DNA of 64,000 nt from Schizochytrium sp. TIO01. Lineage: Eukaryota > Protista > Bigyra: Labyrinthulomycetes. This document shows, one piece after another, positions 52,823 through 64,000 of the stretch. The stretch spans positions 511,859-575,858 of the forward strand of contig SMSO01000006.1 in NCBI GenBank assembly GCA_004764695.1. The letters run 5' to 3'. The translations under genes and the position numbers were made by a program. Position 1 is the stretch's first letter. Each line of letters begins with the position of its first letter. The notes beneath the pieces are model-generated. The model saw only the letters and a list, made by a program, of their open reading frames with translations, had not been told where the DNA came from and did no database searches.

Positions 52823-53263
52823 CAGCGTTCACGAGCCGAGTCCAAGACAGAAGATTAAACTTCGCGCTCCTTCTGACCGCTACGTGGGTCGGTAGGTACC
52901 CACCTACCAACTAGTCAAAGAGAATTCTTCGCGCCTCCTTCTTGGCTTTGTTTGCCCTTTGAGCTGTGGCCTCTTCTTCTCTTTTCTCTCGTCGGAAAGA
53001 AGCCAACTTCAACTTGAAGATCGCTGTCCTGCATGCATGGCTGGATGACTAGCTAACTAGCTAACTAACTAAATAACTAAATGAATAAATGAATAATTGA
53101 ATAATTAATGAACTAACTAACTAGCTATCTATCTGATAAGCTAAGACAGGCACCACTAGGGCGTTTGATCAATGAAAAAGAAGGTCGCTGTCAGTCACGA
53201 TTCTAACACTCGTAAGAGGGCAGGCAGTCTGAAATAAGAACAGGACAAACATTGGTGTGCTGA

Positions 53264-53397
53264 TTTGTTTGTTTGTTTGTTTGTTTGTTTGTTTGTTTGT
53301 TTGTTTGTTTGTTTGTTTGTTTGTTTGTTTGTTTGTTTGTTTGTTTGTTTGTTTGTTTGTTTGTTTGTTTGTTTGTTTGTTTGTTTGTTTGTTTGTT
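53264..53397. repeat. (TTTG) x ~33, the longest perfect microsatellite in the window
   Basis: Read directly. Confidence 0.97.
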
Positions 53398-54408
53398 AAT
53401 TCTGCACAGGCATCGGGTCCGAATATCGATGGGTCTGGAGACTTAGAAATTGATATGGCAGTGCTAATGAACAAATTCAAACTTTAGGAAAGATGGCGAG
53501 AGACTGCATAAAGGTATCCTGCAGTGTCCAAGGAAACCAGTGCAATCTTTCCTTTTAATTAAAAAAGAAAAAGAAAAATAAAAATAAAAAATAAAAAGAG
53601 GAAAAAGAGGAAAAACTTATGATTCCCCTTGTTACCTCCTCTCGTTTTTCCTCGTTTTATATTTAAAAAATAAATTAAGAAATAACATAACAATTAATTC
53701 GAAATAATAAGAATTATAAACAAAATGAGAATGATAGCGAATGTTTTTAGAGTACCCAACGTGCTTTAGGAGACGCTTAGGTGCAATTAACCATTGAGCC
53801 TCCAAAGTCAAATCATTTATTCTGTTGATCTTCATTTCGTACAATTAAAATTAATTATCTCTAGCAGTTCCTGTTTTCGATCTCTTCACAATGTTTCATT
53901 TATGAGTATGAACAGACTATTCTATAGATTTTCAATTGATAAAAATGAAATAACGTTTACAACCTTTAAGAATGATGGTCTCAGCCATCATTCCTATGAA
54001 AAATGCGCCATGGCGCTAGCTAATGACTACTTACTACTAAGTAGTCTGGGGTCTGAAAGAAACGAAAGTCGAGGCGCCCTTAGGCGGAGGGCTAGGAGGC
54101 CTTAGTCAGCCCATGTGGGGGGGAAAGAACAAACTAAGTTTGGTGGCGGATTGATTTGTCTCAGTCTCTTCTTGGCCGCGCGAGGACCAAGTTCTGTCCC
54201 GAGTTCTCTAATAAGTCCGCCGCTGCATAAAGAAGCCAGAGCGCGCAAGGCCGAGGATGCCCTGGGGCCGAGTGGCCTTCCGCTCGTGGCGTGGCCTCTT
54301 CGAAGGACTCCTCTCTCGCCTCTGCGGGCTCACAATCAAGTTAAGATCTTACGTTATGTACCTTTATCTTTCTTATCTCGTCTTTCGCCTCTGAAAGCGC
54401 ACTCTCGA

Positions 54409-54540
54409 GGAGAACTTGAAGAAGAACTCGAAGAAGAACTGAAAGAGCTTGGAGGAGAAGAAGAGGAGCTTGAAGAACTTGAAGAATTACTTGAAGAAGG
54501 AAGAAGAAGAAAAAGAAGAAGAAGAAGAAGAAGAAGAAGA
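54409..54540. repeat. GAA-rich low-complexity tract with GAACTTGAAGAA-like units
   Basis: Read directly. Confidence 0.85.
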
Positions 54541-54752
54541 CTCTCCCCGGAGATCTCGAGTCTGTTCTGTTGCACATTCGCAGCAGAAGGAGATTGGGAT
54601 CTCTGAGGTTCCTAAACAAGCAAGCACACTCTGTTTGCGATGCTGATGTCAGCAAGGCGCCCTCCCTTTTCAATCAACGCGCCAAGCGCCGCCTCAGCTA
54701 GGAGCCAGTTATCGTATACGCTAGGGGTGGCGGCGGATGCTGATGTAAGCAA

Positions 54753-54804
54753 ATGTAATGCAATCTGATGTAATGTGATGTAATGTAATGTGATGTAATG
54801 TAAT
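54753..54804. repeat. (ATGTA/ATGTG)n pentanucleotide repeat
   Basis: Read directly. Confidence 0.85.
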
Positions 54805-57055
54805 GCAGTTGACAGCGAGAACCCGAAGAACTGGCGCAAGACTAGAACTTGGGATTAGCGTCGAAGGAGCTCGCTCGCTTCGAAGAGCTCGCTCGAAGAA
54901 ACGTGGAGGAGGCCCTCGACGTACACCCGAGAGCCAGTCCTGGGGAGGCCAGGTTGTTTAGAAGCGGCACCGACGAAGCGCTCTGTTGGCCCCGTCTTCT
55001 TTTGGTGCAATTCTCCACATCAGTCGATCAGTTCCACAGGAAAAAGAACGTGATGCGGTCAGAAGCCAACTTTAAAAACCAAAAAACGCTTTTTAAAAAA
55101 CTTTTAAAAAACAAACTAACAAACAAGTCGGGAAAACGCGGCGGCAGCTTTGGAACCCGTAGATTGACTGTACGCCGTAGAAGTCCATACGCAGCCGCTA
55201 GGCGCGCGGCCTGTCAGGGTTATGATTACGATAGTCTGATATTATTATAGCTGTTTCTTCAAAGTACGAAAGATATCAGTTAACCGTAGACAATAAAGTT
55301 GTCATCATCCAATTAGATTTTAAGGTAAAACTGTTTCTAAAACTGTTTCTAAAACTGTTGTAGTGTAGTAGTGGGGGACAAGGAAGCGAGGATGAATGAA
55401 AGAAACCAGGGGCCCAGAGACAGGCCTTGGAGTGGGCAGCCCAGTTGAGGGGCTGGAAGCGCCGCCTCAACAGGCAGCGAGGCCTGGCCAGCTGCCGGCC
55501 AGGGCGTCCCTGCGGAGGTCTAGCTGTAGCTAGCTCGACTTCACCCACGATAGAAGTCTTCGCGTGAGCGAGAATAGCGGCCCTTTTCGCCTCGTAGTTC
55601 GTCAATGGCTGAGCGATTGATTGCAATCTCTCTCCTTTGCTTTCTCGCCTCGCAGTAGTCAATACTTACTATGGCAGGAGAGAGAAAGTTGGCAAAGGCG
55701 GCAAAGATCGTGTGCGAAACTAGTTCTGTCCAAGAGCAGAGGACTTTCGACTTTCGCGAGTTCTTCGCCGCACGCATTCCTTGCGATCAATGTCGGCAGA
55801 AGCAGCCTCGCCGATAGACCTCGCTGCTGCTGCTCGCTGCTGCTGCTGCTTTCTGGGTTTCAAGTCGAGCCGAGCAGTCGAAGTTGCGCGGGATAAGGCA
55901 AGCTTTGATAGTCGCTTCTCTGAGAAGGTTGGCTTAGGCGCCTGAGTGCTTCGAAGCAGAACTCGCTGGAGAAGCTTGGGATGATGGCAGAGCTCACCAA
56001 TCAAGCTCCGCCTCGAAGTCGAGAGTTTCAGATCCAACCTGAGCAGCTCGTTGAAGCAGGCCTGCGTCAAGCGCGGCGAGTCCGACAGAGGTTCGCGATG
56101 AACGGGTTCAAAGAAAGGATGCATGAATGCATGATAATCATGAATCCATGATGGATGAGTGTCTGGACTGAGTCCGTCTCCGAGGACTTTTCTTTCGTGA
56201 AGAGCACCGCGCAGCAGATGCAGCAGGGTTCGAGCAGTGGCTTTCAAGCTGTCCTTTGCTCGAGCCGCCTCGCTCCTCCGCCCGCTCGAGAAAGCGACGC
56301 CCCGAACAGATGAGATGCTCTTGTCTCCAAAGCCGCCGCAGGCAGAGATCCTGCTCGGGCTTGCTGGAACGAACCCCAGGCCACCAAGACCCGGAGTGGC
56401 GGGAGGCAGCGAGGCAGCGAGGCAGGTACGCACCCGCCCGCCGAAGCCGTGCGTGCCCGCGACGCCCGTGGCGGAGTCGGGAAAAGCTCAGGGAACCTCG
56501 AGGGGTTAGAGAGAAGCTGCTCTGCTCTTCTTCAAGATCTTCCTTCCTCCCCTTATTCATCCTTTCCTTACTAAGACGAAGAGAGGGAGGCATGTAGTAA
56601 GTAATCTATGTGATCGTAGCAGTGTAGCGGAGGGGTGCCAGAGTGACGCGGGCGGCGGCGGCAGTTCCGCAGCGGTTCCGTGCCGGTGATGGGCGCATGC
56701 ATGGGTCAACTTCACTCAGGAGATTGAAACTGAGAGAGTAGAGAAGTTTGTTCCAAAGACCGTTCGGAACGCGAGAAAGAGGCTCGCAGCTGAAGCGTTA
56801 GTAGTTATAACACGTGCGTGTCACGAAGATGGGGGGTTTTCGCCTGAGTTGTGGAAAGAGTGGGACTCGGGTAGTTGGGACTCGACCGTTTTTGAGAGTT
56901 CTAACTCTCTTTTTCCTCTTCTTCTTTTCCCCTTTTCCGCAAAAGTTCAAGAAGAACCCTTGTAAAGATAAAGAAACTTCGAGTTGAGCAGAAACTAAAA
57001 AGTAATTGAAAGATTCCTCAATTGAAAAAACGCTCTCTTTCTGCGTGGATAAGCT

Positions 57056-57057
<2 letters not shown>

Positions 57058-57090
<33 letters not shown>

Positions 57091-57128
57091 ATAGAAGAAG
57101 AAGAAGAAGAAGAAGAAAAAAGAAAAGA
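57058..57128. repeat. Poly(A) of about 30 nt followed by a (GAA)n purine tract
   Basis: Read directly. Confidence 0.93.
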
Positions 57129-60100
57129 CGGTTCGAGTCCCAAGGTTGGATGTTCGGAGAGAGCCCATGCCCTTTGAAGGCCATAAGTGTTGTGTTGTGT
57201 TGCGTATCTTATCAGGGAGACGTGGAGAGCACAGGGGCCTTGGTCCGGCTGTTGCTAGCTAGGCATATCAGCGCTCTGCTTGCTTAGCGCCATCCATGCT
57301 CATGCCACGATCGTTCGCGTCTGTCAGCAAGGGAGGGGTGCTTAGGAGTCAGCCAACAACATGAACTTTCCCCTTTCTTTTGTTAAAAATGATAATAATT
57401 CTCTCTAGAGAGAGATAAATAAATAGAAGAACTAACTTGGAGGAGAAAATAGTTTGTTTGTTTTTTGGTCTAGAAAACATCTTAATATATAGAGAGATTC
57501 ATTAAATGGGTAAGTAACTAAACCAGGTGGCTTCAACGCGTAAAGAACGAGGAGAACACTGAGATGTAGTACCAGAGCGCGCGGGATGGAACAGGTATGG
57601 CGCTTAAAATAAGAAAAGCAAAAACAAAAACATAGATCTGTAATACTATTTCAAGCCACGCGAAGCTGGGGAATCACCTACCAGGTTTTTATTTTTAATA
57701 TGTTTATAAATATTTATTTTTAAAAATTAAAAAAAGGGAAGAAAATTTAACAGTGAAAAAGACGATGAAGCTTTTCGGCGATTAGCTTGAAGTTTTGAAT
57801 ACCGGCAAACTGTGACGGACAAAACCAACTTCCATGCAGAGATGTCCAATGTTGCTTCACCCGATCGAGTTCGAAAATGGCGCTGACCATTTCGACATCG
57901 TTAGTATCCGTCTACATTGCAACAAACCAGCGTTCTAGAGGCACGAAAGTGCATCATACTTAATATCCAAAAAGGTACCAGGGAAATTTACCATTTCGGG
58001 AACAGGAAGTAAGAATGTGCTTCCGGTCATAACAAAAAATTTCCAATTAAAAAAAAAACAAAAAAAACACTAATAATAGAAAAAAAAATACCTCGAAGTT
58101 TTCTTCTTTTATTTATTTATTAAAAAAAAAAGAAGATTGAAAAATATTTGATATATTTTTTCACTAAAAAGCTTTCTAAAGAAAATGTTCTTTATTCTTG
58201 CTAAAGTGGAAAGGAGGAAGAATAGAAGGTACTTTAGGTACTTCAGCTGAGCAACATAATAGATCTTTTCCCTCGCTCGCCACCTAAGGGTGCACCTCAA
58301 AAGTCTCAAGTTAGCCATTGTGGCCCATATTGTGGGAGCTCCGCACGACGCTTAGTGTACGAATTGTCTGAAGAAGCCTCTGCTCAGCCAGCGAAAGGGA
58401 AGCGAAAGGAAACACAACCCCCGGCAATCTCGCTCATGACCTCTGAATCGACCGCATCTTCCTTAGCACCCTGGTGTGCACCATATCTTGTTATTTAACG
58501 CCTGTACAAGTCTCTGTGATGGTGGGTATTGTATGAGTATTTAAATTTTGAAAATCTGTCCCGCCAAGACCGGACAGTGCCAAAATTTAGCGCAGATTTG
58601 CCGATGCTCTGTACATACAAGTTTGGCAACCAGTATGAACTTTAATCCAAATAGGGAAAGGTAGCTGTTGCACGAAGGGAAATCTTACAGAGCAAGCTGG
58701 CGAAAACTCACTCCTTCGTCATAGCCATTCGTAGTCTTGAAGTACACCGTGGTGGCCGCAAAACGTTACCTAACCTATCATTTAAAGACACATACAAAAG
58801 CTATTCCTTCGCCGAAGGAACGAATACACGAATACACGAAGCGTAGAATAGATTAGGCTCAGAGTGAGTATGGTATACATTTTCGAACGACAGGGAACTA
58901 TGATCCGCTACATCAATTTAAATTTTGATGAAACAAAGGCAAAACAAACAAACAAAAAATCATAGACAAAGACAAAATAAAATCAGCAAACATACCACTA
59001 AAACTGAAAAACCGCGCGCTTAAGTCTCATAATCAAATATTCTCAAGAATACTTGAGAATGAATGGCCTGTACGAATGAGAAACACAATCTTCAAATCGA
59101 AATGCATATTGCTGTGCGTACGCATAAATTTCTTTTTGGTGGTTCCTTCAAAGGCGCAAAAAAAATATTGGATCTGCGCAAAACATCAGGATCATACTCG
59201 CTATACTCTACACTAACAGGAAATACAATCGCATTTTTTTCCTTTTTGGTACTAAGTGTCACTTTTGGCAGAAGGGAAATAAATCCGCTGGTGCAGTTTC
59301 TTTCGTGCCTGTTCTACAGTAGACATAAAGTATACCCATAAGCTTCATGGAGTTGTTGAGAAGTACTCCTTATTAATTCACAATAAATACTTTAGCTATC
59401 TATTCTTTTTCTTCTTTTTTTAAAATAATGGAGGCTTGTTTGTAGGTGCCGAGCGATGGGTGCTATAGATGTACGCACTCGTACTATGTCATAGCGAGGA
59501 TAAAAAATGGCGACAACGATGGTAAAGACCCCTTCCCCATTGAATTGACAAACATGCTCTCAAAAGAAATCAGAGGGTGGCAGCGCGTATGTATAGCGGT
59601 ATGAGCATTTGAACCAATTGAAGCTCCATCTTTGTATCCGTTTTATGTAGTATCTTACCTAAATCCTTTTGCGCACCCATAAAAATGTCAGAAAAACCAA
59701 AGCTAGATTTCTTAGTCTTGCAGATGGCCAAGTAAGTTTTGCAAAAAAAAACAAAAACAAAAATAGATAATATAAATAATACCATGTGCCTAAATTAGTA
59801 CAAAGCTAGAATTTCCCTCTTTTGAATTGAAATTTTACTGAAAAGTCTACTCTCAGGCGTTCAAGATCTCGAATCTCTGGCACTTCAACGCCACGTTTGA
59901 ATTTACCCGCATTGTTCAGCATGTATTATCCCGTACGGGTCGATCGAATCCTCTATACAGCAACTGCAACGCCCAGAGTCTTATTGCAGAACCTGTCACA
60001 ACATTAATCTTTAAGAAGACCAACTGGAAATGCGATTGAAAAGTTGAATTTTGCTGGTGTTCTGCTCTGGTAACCCTGAAAGGTGAGGAGGTATTTATGA

Positions 60101-61416
60101 AACCAAAAGCTGCCCACTGTAAGACTAACAATAACGAAGGATTCCTGGCTCAGCTCCTTTCGCGAGCGTCCGCACATTTTACAGATAGACCTGTTGCCCG
60201 TGGAATCTTCGGTTGAAGCTTCAGGAGAAACTGATGGCTGGTGCTCGTGCTGCACTAAGAGAACATCCAGTCTTCGTAACCGACACTACTGTGGCGTAAG
60301 AAGCCTTGTACAGGTTCACAAACTTTCGAGAATTTGGAAGTGGCCCACGTTTGTTTTCCTCTGTTCTTCTTCCACAAATGAACGAACTCACTGCACCACT
60401 TAGGAGTCTACTACTGCAAATAGCACACCGTGCCCCAAAGATTCTGCTGGCGTATCATCTATCTACCCACGATCGTGAATCATAATAGAATGGAAGGCGA
60501 GAACAGGCGGGTTCTTCAGAAATGAAAAGATTTATAGACCCCAGACGATAAAGCATCGCTTGCTATACACGGCGCCCTCCCTCTACGTTGGTCCAACCCA
60601 TCGCATAGTTACTGATTAGCACCTAGTACCTTCTTTCTACTGATTGTTTTTGTTTGTTTTTGTTTTTTTTCCTAAGGCTCATTCGGGTTCTTTACCTTTC
60701 CATCTCTCCTTTCCCTCCGAGTCTCGAGTCCAACTGAACAATGCGCAATCTTAACCCCAGCTGAAAGAACCGGCGAAGGGTTTTGGCTCGCTAGGGCGCA
60801 AATAGAATCCGCGACTTGTCTTCGAGGCAAACCTGAGAAGAAGAGGAAGAACAAGAACAAGAACAGGTTCGTTCCATGAGAAAAGCGGATGGTTGTGGAG
60901 CCTTCATGTGGCCAAAAAGAAGACTTTCGAGTTGTTAGGCTAGTCCAGATATCAACTTTGTGCTACTAGCGCAACACACCGCAACCTGAAATAATAATCA
61001 TGTACCAATAAACTTTAATATAAGTCAACAAGGGCGTGTATCTTCAGAAACAGGTCAAATTGGCAACACCTCGGACGTTGGAACTTTACAATTTGCAGGA
61101 TCATACGGCCACGATGCAGTATTCGAAAATACGGGTGCAGGTTTCGACCAAAACACAACCAGACTCCATCCTTGCAGGAGACTAGGTAAACAGAGGAGAC
61201 AGGCTTTTCTTGTCCGGATTTAGTGAGGTATCTCTCCCTCCTCCATTGCTCTTCCACAAAAGAACCGCCTTCCAAAAGATTTGCGACAGATAAAGCGAAG
61301 GCTAATATTGCCCGGGCTTATTGCATGGCATCAAGACCATGAAATTCGGAGACTTAAGAATAACTCATTCATGATGAATGATTCATTCATGCGCGATACG
61401 TTATGATCTGCACCAA

Positions 61417-61445
61417 GAAACAAAACAAAACAAAACAAAACAAAA
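61417..61445. repeat. (AAAAC)n microsatellite
   Basis: Read directly. Confidence 0.9.
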
Positions 61446-63357
61446 GACAAAAAAAGTAAAAAAATAACCAAAAAATAACATTTGCATACTGAAATAAATT
61501 TGAGCACCATTGAATCTTTTGATTTATTGCGCAAGGGAAAAAAAGGAAAAGGGTGAAATAAAGCGCGTAGAGATGTTGAAGCAGGATAGTTTCGTGCAAT
61601 TAAAGTCGTGGATTTACTGGCAAATATCTTTACACCTCCATGGGAAAAGCTAATCTTTCAATGTCTCAGGAATATCCGATTCCTCAATTTCCAAATTTGT
61701 ATTTTGCATCATTAGATGCCAACGGCAACAATACTTCAATGGACTTCGTATTGTGTATTTTACGCATCTGCTAATTTAAAAATATTCTATCCTCTGCTCG
61801 ATCATCCTTGAATGAAGGTTTAGCTAAATCTGTAAGACATGTTTTGAAATTTGAATGCTTCAAAATCCATCATGTTACAAATCCTAGCAATAGTCTCCTT
61901 TGAGTAACGTGGAAAAAATCCTCGTGTTACATCTCGTTGTACGGAGAAACCTACCAGGCTTCTTTTTAGTAACAATTTGCAAATTGAGAACAACCTAATC
62001 TCTTTCTGCAGCACATCATTGTGTCTCTGAAAACTGTAAATTTGTCAACGCTTTTCAATATCTGCATTTGTATAATCAATTCCTGCCTTCAGCAATGAAT
62101 AAGATGCCTTTCGAAATTTTTCCCTTTTTCCCTTTTCTTTTCTAAAAAGCAGATTCAATAACCCCTAATGATTTAACCTTTGCTTATTTTATAAAATTCA
62201 TATTCTTGCGTTCACAGTTTTAGAATTAAAACATCACATCATAAATTAAACTCAAGTTAAGAAATCAGTTTCATTTATTTAAAAATATATCTTTCGGAAA
62301 TAACCTTTTTTCTCTCTCTAAAAGTTAAAAGAATAAAATTTCATAAAATGCGTTTATCTATTCCACTGGGGCGTGCACATTTTTGCATACCTGTAACCCC
62401 CATTACTATTAATCAAAGGTGCTAAAACGGGTTCAAGAAGTGAACAATTTTAATTATTTTATATATGATACATATTATATCTATTATATCGAACAGCGAA
62501 CTATCTCTTCGATTTGTCATGTTTACAAGTCTCGTTTGAGTCTATTTGCGCGGATGAGCCTGCAGAAAGTAGAATAAAACAGTACGAAACCAGCAGATTT
62601 GGGATAAACAAACAGAACTACAAACAAGCGACTTTGCAATCACTCCTCGTCGAACTGCACAAAACTCGATTCACACTATCGTGGTCGTTCTCCCCGCTGG
62701 CTTTTCTACCTTGAGCGTCTTCTGCAAACTTCCTCTCCAAAAGTTCTTGAAAGAAAAGAAAGTGACTTACCGCTTAATTGTGCAACTCGGAGAACCTACC
62801 TGTTCAATACTCGTGCCTGCCCTTCCACAATTCTGCCAATCGTTGATTGGCATCGTTCCTTCTTTCAAATTGCCACCTCCACCTCCGAAATCAAGCGCCG
62901 CGGAAATTGAGGCTTGCGTCTCCTACGCGTTGGCACTTAGCTCCTCCAGCTAGCCTGAAGCCGGCCCTTCGGAGCTCCTCGGCGCGTGCTCGTGATAACA
63001 ACACAGACAAGAACCCCGAAGGAAAGTCAAAAAAAGAAAAGCCATGCATGCTTGCATGCTTACATGCATTCGAGCCCACCCGCCTAGCTAGAGCCAATAC
63101 AGTCCAGGCTGCTTGCCAGCTGAAAACCGGGTCCAGACCCACGCCAAGGTGCGGTTTCGCGTGAGTGGACATCGCTGCTGTGTAGTGCTTTGTGCGCCAA
63201 GAGGCAGAAATGGCGATCGACGTTTGGCGCCGCCGACGTCGATCTGCCCCAAGGCAGGCGTCTGCTCTGCTCTCGCAGGAGTTGCTGCTGCTCTGCGCTT
63301 GCGTCTGATCTGGATATCGCGCGGCCCACTCGGCTCTCGCCGGAATGCGGTCACATC

Positions 63358-63452
63358 TTCGAGAGTGAAAGAGGTTTCGAGAGTGAAAGAGGTTTCGAGA
63401 GTGAAAGAGGTTTCGAGAGTGAAAGAGGTTTCGAGAGTGAAAGAGGTTTCGA
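63358..63452. repeat. Perfect 18-bp minisatellite TTCGAGAGTGAAAGAGGT x5 plus partial copy
   Basis: Read directly; identical abutting units with no spacers. Confidence 0.95.
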
Positions 63453-64000
63453 AGCGAAAGTCCACTTCGCCCTGGAGCGAGCCCCGCGCAAGCAACCGAG
63501 GCTCCAGACGCATTGCTCTCCTACGCGGAGGCGGCCGGCCGAAACAGGAGCGGAGGAGGAGGAGGACCCGGTCCAACAGCTTAGGCTCCGCTGCAGAAGC
63601 GAGAGAGCGAAGCGGCAATGCTGTTCGTGGTTTTGAAAAGAGGTAGACCTCAGGCTTGAGACCACGCTTGGATTGCGAGCAGCTCGTCAGATGTTAGCGG
63701 AACAGCATCGACTCGCTGCCGGAGAGCGGGAAGGCGAGCCCGTCGTTTAGGTTGTCGGTTGCTTCACACGACCAGCGGCATGCTTGCTGGTTCTTGGTGA
63801 GTGCTACTCGAAGCTTCCTCGCTCGTATTTCTCTCCCTCTCTGCAGAATGAAGCATCTCTGCGAAGTGCTCACTCGCGCACTCAAGACTCACTCTCTGTG
63901 CGACCCACGTTGAGACGCGATCTCTGTCTCGCATTTCAAGTTTGCTCCGCACTGTTAGGTACCTGCCTACCAGTGCCAATGAAGTGGGAGCGAGTGAGTG

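Noticed and set aside
55662-55685. ATACTTACTATGGCAGGAGAGA resembles the 5' end of U1 snRNA
   Set aside because: The essential ACTTACCTG is not intact, and no loop I, loop II or Sm site follows.
55720-56433. 237-aa minus-strand ORF
   Set aside because: GTG start, GC-rich region with several competing overlapping ORFs and no recognisable domain. It cannot be fully excluded without expression data.
57058-57087. Poly(A) tract as a retroposon tail
   Set aside because: No target-site duplication, and no upstream A/B-box pair or RT remnant.
57130-57141. GGTTCGAGTCCC as a tRNA T-arm
   Set aside because: Upstream sequence is a purine tract with no D-arm, anticodon arm or acceptor stem.
59850-62130. 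Apparent minus-strand pseudogene fragments, including an ankyrin-like LLKAGIDYTNAD
   Set aside because: Stop density in the frame I checked (5 in 80 codons at 60241-60480) is near random, and the motif match is too short.
63358-63452. CRISPR-like appearance of the 18-bp array (also the 16-, 21- and 22-bp arrays)
   Set aside because: Units abut with no unique spacers, there are no cas genes and the context is eukaryotic.

Overview
Eukaryotic nuclear DNA, very gene-poor and rich in microsatellites. The intronless genes, AAC/CAC-ATG start contexts and dense tetranucleotide repeats suggest a protist, possibly a stramenopile such as a thraustochytrid, but this assignment is inference only. Two protein-coding genes are credible. 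(1) A 507-aa Myb transcription factor (35082-36605, - strand) has three repeats in an atypical R2-R3-R3 order, an 11-aa insertion in the first repeat, substitutions at a base-contacting Asn, polyQ tracts and a C-terminal LxLxLxL motif. (2) An orphan ORF (probable ATG 28093 to 29412, +) appears to continue as a stop- and frameshift-broken remnant to about 30.9 kb. The orphan lies in an AT-rich block (about 19.5-33.9 kb) that is almost free of microsatellites and also holds a diverged ~420-bp direct repeat pair. Upstream of the Myb gene, about 27 kb carries no convincing ORF, only micro- and minisatellites, a recent 137-bp tandem duplication, AT-rich islands and a few inverted repeats. I found no rRNA, tRNA, CRISPR array, transposase or reverse transcriptase. 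No complete new system can be demonstrated from sequence alone. The best leads are the unusual Myb with its large upstream desert and the decaying, possibly foreign, AT-rich block.
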